In this document: positions 26,679 through 41,760 of the stretch, in pieces
How positions within the stretch are numbered: the stretch's first letter is position 1
Layout of the letters: each line of letters opens with the position of its first letter
Assembly: GCF_009914755.1 (NCBI RefSeq)
Contig: NC_060926.1
Source of the DNA: the human T2T-CHM13v2.0 reference genome, Homo sapiens
Length of the DNA: 64,000 nucleotides
Strand: one strand, 5' to 3'
Notes under the pieces: generated by a model
The model's database searches: none
What the model was told of the DNA's origin: nothing
The model's input: the letters and a program-made list of their open reading frames with translations, nothing else
Position numbers and translations under genes: made by a program

Positions 26679-29600
26679 TTAAATTTTTTTTTAATTTTAA
26701 TAGGTTTTAGGGAAAGCAGATGGTATTTGGTTACATGGATAAGTTCTTTAGTGGTGATTTCTGAGATTTTGGTGCACTCACCACCGGAGCAGTGTACATT
26801 GTACCCAATGTGTAATCTTTTATCCCTCACCCCCTCCCACTCATTCCCCACAATCCCCAAAGTCCATAGTATCCTTATGCCTTTGTGTCCTCATAGCTTA
26901 GCTCCCACTTATGAGTGAGAACATATGATGTTTGGTTTTCCACTCCTGAGTTATTTCACTTAGAATAATGGTCCCTAATTCCATCCAGATTGCTGCAAAT
27001 GCCATTATTTCATTCCTTTTAATGGCTAAGTAGTATTCCATTTATATATATATATAATGTGATATATATGATACATATATATATCACATTTTATATATCT
27101 ATGCATGTGCCAGTGTCTTTTTTTTTTTTTTTTTTTTGCATAACCACTACTTTTCCTCTGGGTAAAATACCAAGGAGTGGGATTGCTGGATCAAATGGTA
27201 GATCTACTTTTAGTTCTTTAAGAAACCTCCACACTGTTTTCCATAGTGGTTGCACTAGTTTACATTCCCACCAACAGTGTAAAAATGCTCCCTTTTCACC
27301 ACAACCATGCCAACATCTATTTTCTTTTGATTTTTTGAATATGGCCATTCTTGCAGGAGTAAGGTGGTATTGAATTGAGGTTTTGATTTGCATTTCCCGG
27401 ATAATTAGTGATGTTGAGCATTTTTTATATGTTCGTTGGCCATTTGTATATATTCTTTGGAGAACTGTCTGTTCATATCCTTAACATACTTTTTGATGAG
27501 ATTGTTTGCTTTTTTCTTGTTGATTTGTTTGAATTTCTTGTAGATTCTCAATATTAATCCTTTGTCAGAAATATAGATTGCAAAGATTTTTCCCACTCTA
27601 TGGGTTGTCTGTTAACTCTGCTGATTATTTCTTTTGCTGTGCAGAAGCTTTTTAGTTTAATTGGATATCATCTATTTATTTTTGTTTTTGTTGCATTTGC
27701 TTTTGGGTTCTTGGTCATGAAGTCTTTGCCTAAGGCAATGTCTAGAAGGGTTTTTCCAATGTTATCTTCTAGAATTTTTATGGTTACAGGTCTTAGATTT
27801 AAGTCTTTGATTTCTCTTGAGTTGATTTTTGTATAAGGTGAGAGATGAGGACCCAGTTTTATTCTTCTACATGTGGCTTGTCAATTATCCCAGCACCACT
27901 TGTTGAATAGGATATCCTTTTCCCACTTTATGTTTTTGTTCACTTTGTCAAAGATCAGTTGACTATAAGTATTTGGATTTATTTCTGGATTATCTATTTG
28001 TTCTCATTGATCTATATTCCTATTTTTAAACCAGTACCATGCTGTTTTGGTGACTATGGCCTTATAGTATATTTAGAAATCAGGTAATGTGATGCCTCCA
28101 GATTTGTTCTTTTTGCTGAGTCTTTCTTTGGCTATGAGGGCCCTTTTTTTGGGTCCACATGCATTTTAGGGTTGTTTTTTCTAGTTCTGTGAAGAATGAT
28201 GGTGTTATTTTGATGGAAATTGCATTGAATTTGTAGATTGCTTTTGTCAGTATGGTCATTTTCACAATATTGAGTCTACCCAGCCATGAGCATAGGATGT
28301 GTTTCCATTTGTTTGTGTCATCTATGATTTCTAACAGCAGTGTTTTGTAGTTTTTCTTGTAGAGGTCTTTCACCTCCTTGGTTAAGTATATTCCTAAGTA
28401 TTTTATGTTTTTTGTAGCTATTGTAAAAGAGGTTGAGTTCTTGATTTGATTCCCAGCTTAGTCACTGTTGGTGTATAACAGAGCTACTGATTTGTGTACG
28501 TTAATTTTGTACCCTGAAACTTTACTGAACTCACTTACCAGTTCTAGGAGCTTTTCGGATGAGTCTTTAGGGTTTTCTATGTATACAGTTATGTCATTGG
28601 CAAACAGCAACAGTTTGACTTCCTCTTTACCAATTTGGATGCCCTTGATTTCTTTCTCTTGTCTGATTGCACTGGCTAGGACTTCCAGTACTATGTTGAA
28701 TAGAAGTGGTGAAAGTGGACATCCTTGTCTTGTTCCTGTTCTCAGGGGAAATGCTTTCAACTTTTCTCCATTAAGTATAATGTTGGCTGTGGGTTTGTCA
28801 TAGATGGCTTTTATTACCTTAAGCTATGTCCCTTCTGTGCCAATTTTGCTGAGGGTTTTAATCATAAAGGCATGCTGAATGTTGTCAAATGGTTTTTCTC
28901 CATCTATTGAGATGATCATGTGATTTTTGTTTTTAATTCTGTTTATATGGTGTATCGCATTTATTGACTTGAGGATAATAAACTATCCCTGCATCCCTGA
29001 TATGAAATCCACTTGATCATGGTGGATTATCTTTTTGATATACTGTTGGATTTGGTTAGCTGGTATTTTGCGGAAGACTTTTGCATCTATGTTCATCAGG
29101 GATATTGGTCTGTAGTTTTCTTTTTTTATTATGTCCTTCCCTGGTTTTGGTTATTAGGGAGATACTGGCTTCATAGAATGATTTAAGGAGAATTCCCTCT
29201 TTCTCTATCACTTGGAATACTGCCAATAGGATTGGTAACAATTCTTCTTTGAATGTCTGATAGAATTCAGTGGTGAATCTGTCTGGTTCTGGACGTTTTT
29301 TGTTGGTAACTTTTTAATTGCCATTTCAGTCTTGCTGCTTTTTATTGGTCTGTTCAGAGTTTCTATTTCTTCTTGCTTAACCTAGGAGGGCTGTATATTT
29401 TTAGGAATTTTTCCATTTCCTCTGGGTTTTCTAGTTTATACACATAAAAGTGTTCATAGTAACCTTGAATGATCTTTTGTATTTCTGTGACATCAGTCTA
29501 ATATATCCCATTTTGTTTCTAATTGAGCTTACTTGGATCTTCTCTCTTCTTTTCTTGTTTTATCCTGCTAGTGGTCGATCAACTGTATTTATCTTTTCAA

Positions 29601-30330
29601 AAGGAAGCAGATTTTGGTTTCATTTATCTTTTGTATTTTTTTGTTTGTTTGTTTCAATTTCATTTAGTCCTGCTCCAATCTTCGTTACGTCTTTTCTTCT
29701 GCTGGGTTTGGGTTTGGTTTGTTCTTGTTTCTCTAGTTCCGTGAGGTATGGCCTTAGATTGTCTACTTGTGCTCTTAAAGACTTTTTGATGTAGACATTT
29801 AATGCTATGAACTCTCTTCTTAGCACCGCTTTTGCTGTATCCCAGAGCTTTTAATAGTTTGTGTCACTATTATCATTCAGTTCAAAGAATGTTTAAATTC
29901 CCATCTTGATTTCATTCTTGTCCCAGTGATCATTCAAGAGCAGATTATTTAATTTCCATGTATTTGTGGGGTTTTGAGGGTTCCTTTTGGAGTTGATTTT
30001 TAATTTTATTCCACTGTTGTCTGAGAGAGTACTTGATATAATTTTGAATTTTTTTAATGTACTGAGATGTATTTTGTGGCCTATCATATGGACCACCTTA
30101 GATAATGTTCTATGTGCTGATGAATAGAATGTTTATTCTGCAGTTGTTGGGTAGAATGTTCTGTAGATATCTGTTATTCCGTTTGTTCTAGGGTACAGTT
30201 TAAGTCCATTGTTTCTTTGTTGGCTTTCTGTCTTGATGACCTGTCCAGTGCTATCAGTGGAGTATTAAGTCCCCCATTATTAATGTGTGGCTGTCTGTCT
30301 CATTTCTTTGGTCTAGTAGTAATTGTTTCA
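26679..30330 (-). mobile_element. L1PB (copy 2, about 3.6 kb) with disrupted ORF2 (RT and endonuclease remnants)
   Basis: Translations [21 protein letters not shown]…LFAND (the FADD motif is mutated), [17 protein letters not shown] and WKLNNLLLNDHW; fragmented by stops and frameshifts. Confidence 0.95.
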
Positions 30331-30866
30331 TATATTAAAAAGTTTTATTTTAAGTCATTGAGCATACTTAGAATACCTGCTACAAGGTTCTTGTCTCCTT
30401 ATTCTAACAACTTTGTCATGCTGGGGCCTACTTTTTAATTGACAGCTTTATTTCTTGATTATAGGACACAATTTCTAATTCTTTTTATCTCTAATAATTT
30501 CTCATTGTAGTCTGGATACTACAGATGATATGTTATAAAACATCTGGATTATGGTTTTTTCTTTAAAAGGTTGTGTTTTATTTTGCCAAGAAGTTAATTT
30601 ACTACTGGCACTATGATCCTGACAAGGCTTAGTTTTACATTTTGTTTATCCGTGAATGTTTATTAAATTAACCTGATTTTCACTTCACCTGATTTTCACT
30701 CTACCCACTCATTTCAAACAGAGGAAACTGAGACATTATAAATTTGAATGACTTATCTAATACCACATCTAAAAATCTCAGTGTTCTTTTTATCATGTCT
30801 CTATTACATTCTCAGTGAGGCTTTTCCAGGCAACTCCATCTAAAACTTCAACACACACACACCATC

Positions 30867-31222
30867 TAATATGATTTGGCTGTGTCCCCATCCAAATCTT
30901 ACATTGAATTGTAATAATCCCCACATGCCAAGGGCAGGGCCAGGTGGAGATAATTGAATCATGGGGGCGGTCTCCTCCATACTGTTCTCGTGGTAGTGAA
31001 TAAGTCTCACGAGATCTGATGGTTTTATAAATGGGAGTTCCCCTGAACAAGCTCTCTTGCCTGCCACCAGGTGAGACATGAGTCTGCTCCTCATTTACCT
31101 TCCGTCATGATTGTGAGGACTCCCCAGCCATGTGGAACTGTGAGTCAATTAAACCCCTTTCCTTTATAAACTACCCAGTCTTGGGTATGTTTTTATTAGC
31201 AGCCCATGAACAGACTAACATA
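30867..31222 (+). mobile_element. THE1 (C-like) solo LTR inserted in L2
   Basis: 'atatgatttggctgtgtcccc...caggtggagataattgaatc...cagactaacata'; perfect TSD ccatc. Confidence 0.93.
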
Positions 31223-31304
31223 CCATCTCTCTTACATTTCTTATTCCCCTTCTCTTTTAATTTTTTAACATTTATCATTATCTGATATAGTACATGTTTT
31301 ATGA

Positions 31305-31720
31305 TATATGCTGAAAACATATACTATTGAAACCAAAATGAAAAAAATCTTAAAGTCAGCCAGGAAATACATGACATGTTACATACAGAGCAGAGTATTT
31401 GATTTTAGGTCTTCTCATTAGAAATAACGTAAGAGGGAAAACAATAGAATGGCAACTTTAAAACATTGGAAGAAAAAATATCAACCTAAAATTCTATATC
31501 CAGGAAAAATATCATTCATATATGAGAGAGAAATACTTAGTTCTCAGACAAACAAAAACTAAGAGAATTTGTCTCAAGTACACCTGCACTACACAAAATA
31601 ATTAGGAAAATTTTTCAAACTGTAAAAATGACACTACATGAAAAGCCAAATGTGCAGAAAATAATGAAGAACACAAGAAGCAATAAGTAAACAGGCTAAT
31701 GGAAAAATCTAGCCTTTCTT
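31305..31720 (+). mobile_element. Old L1 ORF1 fragment
   Basis: 'aaaatcttaaagtcagccag', 'cttctcattagaaa', 'tcaacctaaaattctatatccaggaaaaatatcattc'. Confidence 0.7.
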
Positions 31721-32499
31721 TTCCTATTAATTTCCTTAAAAGAAAAATGTACCACCAAAATATGAGCTCCATGAAGACAGAGATTTTACTTATTTTCTCC
31801 AATATCTTCAGCATCTAAAACAATGTTGGGAAGGTCTTAGACATTTAATAAATATTTATTCATGAGTGAGTGAGTGAACTTATAAAATCAGTTTTGATCT
31901 TTGGTTCTTCTTAAGTTTAAAATAACTGGTAACTGGATTTCCTAAATTTTTTGAACACTATTTTCTTTTTTTTTAACTAAAATATCAGGACCACCTTTTA
32001 TTCAAGATATTATAACAAGCTTTACACCAAAAATAGTAATAAAATGGAAAGACAATGCTAAGAATTTTGAATTTTATAGATAATTTCAAGTGCTTGGAAT
32101 TACTAAAAGCTTAGAGAGTACAGCCAAATAGTTTTTAAAATCTGAAATGGTGAGATTATTAATATTGGAAGGATTTTGTTGAACACTTTTCAAGAAATAC
32201 AAATAATCATTCAAGGAGAAAAAGATTCAGTGAAGAAAAAGTTTAGGAAATACTATGTCCTAATCACCATTTCTTGGAGATTAATAATACAAATAAGCAT
32301 ATAACAGTTTTGAAAACCTTACAGTAAAAAAACCTTTTACTGCAGAGGAGTATGTAAAATTCTTTATCCCTCAGGAATTTATTCTTTAGAAGGAGATAGA
32401 AAAAATTAGAAATGACTACACAAAATACAGTAGGATAAAGGGAAAGGAGTTGCACTAAGAGGGTTATATGGAGGATTCAAAAAGGCTCAAATCATTTCT

Positions 32500-32840
32500 A
32501 GTTGGAGTAATTAAGGGAATTCATAGACAAAGTGGTCTTTCAGCTGAGCCTGGAAGTTGGGTAGGATATTAACAGGTGTCATTACAGGAGAGTGTGGAAA
32601 TTGGCAGAGAGCATATTAGGCAGAGGAATAATATGAGTGATGCTATGAAGTCAGGAACACATGTTAAGTTCAACAGAGTAGGGCACATGGTGAGAAATGA
32701 AGCTGGACAGATGACTTGGGGATATATTGTCAAGGCTTTGAACATTAGTATTGATCCCTTGGGAGTACATCCCTTGGAGGCAATAGCAGCCACTGAAGAT
32801 TTCTGTAAATGGAATTTTTAAGACTGGAACTGTGTGCTAT
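32500..32840 (-). mobile_element. L2 fragment
   Basis: 'ttcagctgagcctggaagttgggtagga', 'aggcagaggaataatatgag', 'gcaatagcagccactgaagatttct'. Confidence 0.6.
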
Positions 32841-33584
32841 TGATCTTTCTCCAAACAATTCTGTCTCTCTTGTAGATTAATTTACCTCGTTTACCAGTAT
32901 CTCTTTTTCATATTTCTTGGAAAGTCTTCCACTACATTACCCTGGGGGATAATGATGAGGCACATAAATGCATTCTTAAACTTTAATTTCCCCACATGTA
33001 CAGTATACATTAATTCTGTTCATCGTGTGTATTTATTTAAAATGTTTGCTCTATATTTTTTTACTTTCCTTTCTATTCCCCCTTTGTCAACTGGTCTCAT
33101 TCAAATACACACACTAGTTTGTTATTGTTTTTAAACTAAAAATATGTGTCACTGTTTTGCTTGTAAGTTGTCCAAATTTTTAATCGTATTTTTGTTTAGA
33201 GAAATTAAATCTAGATCTAACCCATAATTCAAGTCATTGATTAAATGGCACACTTTACTTCTTCCTCTCAGTCAATCAAATACTGACATACTAAGGTGTT
33301 TCCATAAGAGAATTTATTTGTCTTTATAGGTTTAATATGTTCATTAAAATTTTGTGCTATGTTGCTTTGGGGGATACATCATTTCAGACAGTTTCGACCT
33401 GATATTTAAAACGCATGATTTTAAATAATCAATCATGTCTTTGGTCAGTTGAAAATCACTTTCTGTGCATACCTGTCTCTCTTTCTCTCTCTCATCAATT
33501 GTGGACAAACAAATGTAGGCAGTGTAACTTTCAAGATATTGACTGGATTATTTGGGAAAATCTTTCATTAAAATATAACCTTAA

Positions 33585-33918
<334 letters not shown>

Positions 33919-35599
33919 TCAGAATGTCTCAAAATATCATTAAAATGTCTTGTAAGATTTTGGTTGTGTTGTTGTTGAATTAGTATCCATTGAAATGCCT
34001 AAGTTATGTACAAGAAAAGCTTTAAGAATATTTTTTGCAGAAAATTTGACATTTAGATTCCCAAGATGTAGCAAGTATGTTAGTATTTACTTGAATCACT
34101 TATTATATCTAAGTAAACTAGACTAGAAAATTATTTTCATAGAGCTTTTACAATTTAGTAAAAATCAGATATTTATGAAATTATATCATTTGTCTCATTC
34201 TCTCAAATCAACTGTTTTTATTTAGTGAACTTAATGTTTACAAATCAATACGTGACAATATATTTATTCAAGTTTTGCATTGTGTATTTAATTTTTGTTA
34301 TAGTAGCACTAAAAATCTCATTTTGATTCCCATCCATTTTTACAGGGAATTATTGGTTCCTGGAAGTGGCCATAGATATTTTTATTTGGTTTTGGGGTTT
34401 TTTGTACTTCAAAGGTAATGTAGAGAAGCCTTTTGCTAATTTGAATGATCATTGTCATCATCATTTTGCAAGAATCCCTGAAAGCAATATTATTCAATTA
34501 TAATCACTTTGATAAAATCCTCTAACAAAGATCCTTACAAAAACATAAAACATGGCGAACTCACTGAATGACTCTCAGTTCTAATTCAAAAGCATCAAGG
34601 GAGAACTTTCTATCCAAGGCTTCTGTTGGTGGGCGTAGGGTTTGCTGAGATTCATGACATCAATAGGCAATCACATGCAATCATCTTTTATCGCAATAGA
34701 AACTATTTCACCATTCATGCAAGCAGTGGGGAGACTAAGGACTTAGAGAGAAGTAAATCAAAGCGTCCGGTCTCAATATTGACTACACAATTTTCTCACT
34801 AATAATGGGAAGTAAAAAAGTGAGAAGGACAAAATGCACAATTGTATTATTGGGCATACAGTTTGCAAAAAAAATGTGATAAATATCCTTGTATACAAAG
34901 TGTTATGCATCTGTCTATTACTACTTTAGAATAAATTATTAGAACAAAGGCTATGAACCTTTTTAAGAATCTTGGTATATATTTTCAAGTTGTCCTCCAT
35001 AAAAGTTAAGTGAATGCTATTTTACAACATACACATACAAAATTAGGTATTATGATTTTTAAAAATTAATTTAATCGATGAAAATATTATTTAATTATTT
35101 TAAATTTGCTTGTATTTTTAGTGATGTTAAACATTATCAAATAAATTAAGGTATAACTGTAAGGTGAGATATGATGTTTCTACTCTAAATTATGGTTTTG
35201 AAGGTTTTTTAATGTTCCATGTGGAAGGATCAGACCAGTGTCTAAATGAGATAGATAGAATGTTGACAGCAGAACTTAATATGTGATATTCATATTTTAA
35301 AAATAATGTAGGCCTAAGTTAGCTTTATGCTTTATGATTATGTTAGGATATATATTAGCACATGTATGTGGATGTGTATATGTGTCAATATCCATAACGG
35401 TAAATGATATAAATATACAGATATGTTTCTTATTCCATGATGTGGGTTTGACCTTCTAAATTTAACATTTCTGATGTTCCTCTACTTGAAATTCCCACTA
35501 CTCAGGTTTAGTTTTATGTAAATACCAATGTAAAAGTTCTAGTGTCTTAAGTGGGAAAAACAAAGTAAACAGCCATCCTAACGGAATGCTGTTACTATC

Positions 35600-35815
35600 T
35601 TCACATTTAAGCATAGTAGGGACTGTTCTAAACACTAACATACCAATTCATTCCACTCTTTGAGCAACCCTGTAAATTAGGTTTTATTATCCTTCATTTT
35701 GAAAATGAGAAAACCGAAGCACAGGGAAGTTAACTATGGGTTTATGAGATAGGCAGGCTAAGATTCACACCCGGGCAATGTTTCTCCTAAGTCTGTGCTG
35801 TTCATGTTCACATCC
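35600..35815 (-). mobile_element. MIR
   Basis: 'attatccttcattttgaaaatgagaaaaccgaagcacagggaagttaa'. Confidence 0.8.
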
Positions 35816-36056
35816 TCCTCTAAGACTTCGTGGAGTCCACATGTGCTACACAGTGCCTGTGGACTCAACCATGCTTGCACAACTCAAAGAAAGAACCAAT
35901 GTAAAAATTTTCAGCCCTCAAAACCACATTGAGAGAGAGTTACATTTACAAAAGATTTTGCAACTAAGTTGAAATGATAGATTCTTAGAGTGCCTAGAAC
36001 TGAGGAGCTCCTTAACCAAGTTCCTTAGTCATTTCTCAGGGAAAAACAGGTGTTTC

Positions 36057-36158
36057 AGTTGTACTACAATGCATAGCAAAACCCCTTAGCCTGCCTACTG
36101 CACAAACCCATATGCAGTTGTACTACTACAAACCCACTGTAGTTGTACTACAATGCAT
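36057..36158. repeat. Local complex direct repeat (three copies of agttgtactac)
   Basis: agttgtactacaatgcat is exact at 36057-36074 and 36141-36158; an acaaaccca...agttgtactac unit is tandem at 36102 and 36128. Confidence 0.8.
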
Positions 36159-36645
36159 GCTTTATGCCCTGTGGTTGTTTCAATATCACAATTAGTTCTA
36201 GGACACAAGGAAACTCTGAAGCATCTGTAGATTATATTTATACTGAACATTCATTTGTATTATGTACAGTTCCCAAATGTGCTGCATCTAGTATGACAGT
36301 AATGTGAAAAACAAACAAACAAAACAAAAAAACTTCTATATAGCAACCTTATTTTCTTATGAGCGTCAACTCTTCTGGTCACAGAGTTCATATTTCCTCA
36401 TCTGAATTTTTAAGCTATGTCCTTATCAGACACCAAGCATTCCCTTCATATCCAACTTGTCCAGTGAGTCAAGAAACATGGTTATACAACTTTATCAACT
36501 GAAGAGGTAAATCATTATTTGTAGTGAAAATTAACTCAACCACATCTCACATTTACAGCCAATTCTTTTCTGGGATTATAAATGTAGGCTTAGTTATAAA
36601 CATTAAAAACAAGACCCCCCAAATGCATTGGTGATGACATAATTA

Positions 36646-37174
<529 letters not shown>

Positions 37175-38524
37175 TCATGTCTATCATAACATGATGGCAC
37201 ATATTGGAAATCAATGACTCATTTGCATTCTAAGAAAGAAGTCAGTAACTTAGGAGGTTTTGAGAAAATATCTCCATGGGTGATTCCAGGGTTATGAAGC
37301 AACATTTTCTAGCAGATGAGGATGTACCTGAGTAAATAGTATGTTGGGGTGGAAAAGAACAAAAACATGGGGTACATTGATTATTGCTAGGAAAGTCTTA
37401 CAATATTTTTACTTTTGGAAAAATGTTGCTCCAGCATCGCTGCAAGACCTGAAAAAGTTGGCACCAGAAGTTTTGGTTTCACATTTATCTTATTTTCTTG
37501 AAGAATCTTAATGTATAAAAATGATGTGAACTAGTTTTGAAGGCCTTTCTCAATTCTGATAGCTGTTCCTATTCCTGGGTCCTTGAATTCAGGGTCTATT
37601 TAAAGTACGGGAAATTTGAGGGCTAAGCGTGCTTTCCTTTTATTGTCGCTTGATGGGTGGCTTTTGCATGGGTGTGTAAAGAAGTAACCTCAAATCCCAG
37701 CTGCTGTCAAGCTTGTGGAAGGTTTAGTGTTTTAAGACCTTCTTCCAAACACAGTATTGATTGACTGTGGATATTTGATATGAGTGTGGTTTTTAGTAGT
37801 CCCCTCAAAATTTCTCTCTAAAATTAAGCTTCAGCACCAGCATGATTTGTATAGCAACTTGCATCTGTGTAGGGAACTCAAGGGCCCCTTACATGATAAA
37901 TGATAAATGTACTTCCATTTTTCTTAAATATTTCCTCTTCTAGGTGAAGTTATGGTTCTAACTTGTAATAAATGGATTCATTGGCTAGATCCAGGTGGAA
38001 TTTTATTTGCTTTTCTTAGTTCGATTTGAGATGCTTTGACAGATTCCTTGGGAAATGAGTGGATGGGCTCCTGATTGTGTGAATATGTCTCAAAACAGCC
38101 GGATCTTTGCCAAGAGGTGTTTTTTATTACCCCCTTTTGTTAACTGGTGGAAACTTTCTGTAGACAAGCCAAAATCAGCACTCACAAAACAGCTTCTGAC
38201 ACCAGGAGCCCTGTAATCAGAATAAGCTAGAAGGATGCATGGAGATCTTAACACCTTTGGCAAAGGTTCTCTCTCAAGGAAATATTGTAAAAGGTATCAT
38301 TAGACATATGCCTTTCATTTGTAATTGCAGCCATTTCTCAGGAGCTGTTGTAAATCCTAAAGAATTCTGAAGTCTCGCAACCTTAACTAAACGATATAAA
38401 TTTGAATTTGATTTCTACACTCACGCAAATAGCCCAAATCTTCTAATGCTCCTAATGCAAGTTTATGTGAATGGCTACACTAATTTCTGGACTTCCCTTG
38501 AATGGATTTGAAAGTATATTTTCT

Positions 38525-38823
<299 letters not shown>

Positions 38824-39272
38824 GAGTATATTTTCTGAAGGCTCACTTGAGTTTTATAATCCCAACACCGCCTCATTAACTATAACCTAAGCAGTGGCTG
38901 ATAGTCTGAATCGATCTGCAAATATTCTGGAAAACGCAATTACAGGATGGGACATTTGGCATGTCAACAAGAGTTTTATGGTCGTGTGTTATGGATGAGC
39001 TGTTATTAAGAGACAATCTGTTATTTCTGTGACATATATTCATGCATAACTTGAGCCTTTTCTTGGAGCAATACAAGACAACTATGCTGCTATCAACATT
39101 TACCATCCCGTGAAGCAGGTCTTCCATAAACCTTTTTGTTGTTGTGGCTGGAGCTTTATTTTTACCTTTATTTTATTTTATTTTATTTTTTTCAACAGAC
39201 TTTATCTTTTAGAGTGGTTCACAGAAAAATTGACAAGAAAATACAGAGTTCCCATAAACGCCCTGACCTTCA

Positions 39273-40245
<973 letters not shown>

Positions 40246-40400
40246 TTTATTTTTAAATATTTCAAGATTCACAAGAGTACACAGAGTACACAGTGGATTT
40301 ACATGTACCTTTAATCTAGCTTCTTCCAATGATAATATCTTACATAACCATAACCATAGTATATTTTCAACACCAGGAAATCAGTGCTGGTACAATACTA

Positions 40401-40480
40401 TTAGGTTGGTGCAAAATTTATTGCGGTTTTGCCATTAAAAGTAATAGCAAAAAACCACAATTGCTTTTGCACTAACCAAA
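40401..40480. mobile_element. MADE1 MITE with TA target duplication
   Basis: 'ta ttaggttggtgcaaaatttattgcggttttgccattaaaagtaatagcaaaaaaccacaattgcttttgcactaaccaaa ta'. Confidence 0.92.
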
Positions 40481-41730
40481 TATTAACACAGGTCTAGACC
40501 TTATTTCACCAGTTTTTGCATCCACTCTTTTTTTGTATGCAGCTCTATAAAGTTTTATTCTGTGCATAGATCTGAGTAACATTCAATACAATCAGGATAC
40601 AAAACTGTTCCATCATCACACACATGTGCACACACACACACACAAACACTCCCTCCCACTACTTCTTTCTACACACATTATTCGCCCAGTCCTAACACCT
40701 GGAAACCCCTGATTGATTCTCTATCCCTATAATTTTGTCACTCTGAGAATATTTTATACATGGAATTATGGAATATGTATCACTTTGAGGCTGGCTTTTT
40801 TCTTGCAATATAATGTCCTTGAGATCTATCCAAGTGTGGTGTGCATTAATTGTTCATCCTTTTTATTACTGAGTAATATTTCATTATACGAATATACCAC
40901 AACTTATGTATTTATTCATCTGTTGCAGAGTATTTGGCTGGTTTCCAGATTGTGGCCATTACAAATAATACTGCTCTGAACATTCATGTATTTTCCAGAT
41001 GGGTGTACCATTTGCATTTGCATCAGCAATGCATGGGAGATGCAATTGCTTGCCAGCATTTGGTACATTATAATTTTATTTTTTATTCACCATTTCTTAT
41101 TTTAGCCATTCTAGCAGGCATGTACTGGTATCTCATTGGTGTTTTAATTTGTATATCCCTAATGGCTAATGATGCTAACTACATTTTTATGTGGCTATTT
41201 TCCATCTGCATATCTTCCTTTGTGAAGTGTTTGGTCAAGTCTTTAGCTCATTAGTTAATTAAATTTTTGTTTTCGTATTTTTGTGTTTAGAGAGTTTCAT
41301 ATATATTACAGATATAAGCATTTAGATATATAACATGCAAATGTTTTCTCCCACTCTCTGGTTTTTCTTTTCATTCTCTTAACAATGTCTTTTGAAAATC
41401 AATAGTTAATTTTGATAACGTCTTATTTATCAAATTTTCTTAGGTAAATTTTGACTTTGGTTTAATTCTAAGAAGTCTCCCTAATGCTTAGTAATAAAAA
41501 TTTGTTCTTCAAAGTTTTAAAGTTGCATGTGTGCATTTACATCTATAATCCACTTTGAGTTAATTTTTGCATAACATGTGAGGTTTATGTCAGAGTTCAT
41601 TATTTTGCCTTTCAATGTCCAATTGTTTCAATACCAATTGTTGAAAAGATGATCTTTTCTCCATTGAGTTGCTTTTGCATCTTTGTCAAGTACCAGTTGG
41701 CTGTACTTGAGTGGGTCTATCCAGGATTTT

Positions 41731-41760
41731 CTTCTCTTCTCTTCTCTTCTCTTCTCTTCT
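41731..41760. repeat. (CTTCT)6 microsatellite
   Basis: Read directly from the sequence. Confidence 0.9.

Noticed and set aside
26679-30330. Reverse-transcriptase motifs as an active or novel retroelement system
   Set aside because: This is ordinary decayed L1PB ORF2: broken by stops and frameshifts, FADD mutated to FAND, with no ORF1 or promoter.
30671-30700. Short tandem duplication acctgattttcact x2 (similar cases near 3132 and 40274)
   Set aside because: Common slippage events with no further structure.
35833-35866. Hairpin gagtccaca...tgtggactc
   Set aside because: A 9-bp stem with a 16-nt loop is plausible by chance in 64 kb.
36057-36158. CRISPR-like repeat-spacer array
   Set aside because: Only two full and one partial repeat with irregular spacing, in primate DNA with no cas genes.
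37905-37945. Acceptor-like 'tttcctcttctag|gtg' (similar at about 9085 and 57521)
   Set aside because: I found no convincing paired donor, and such tracts are frequent in AT-rich DNA.
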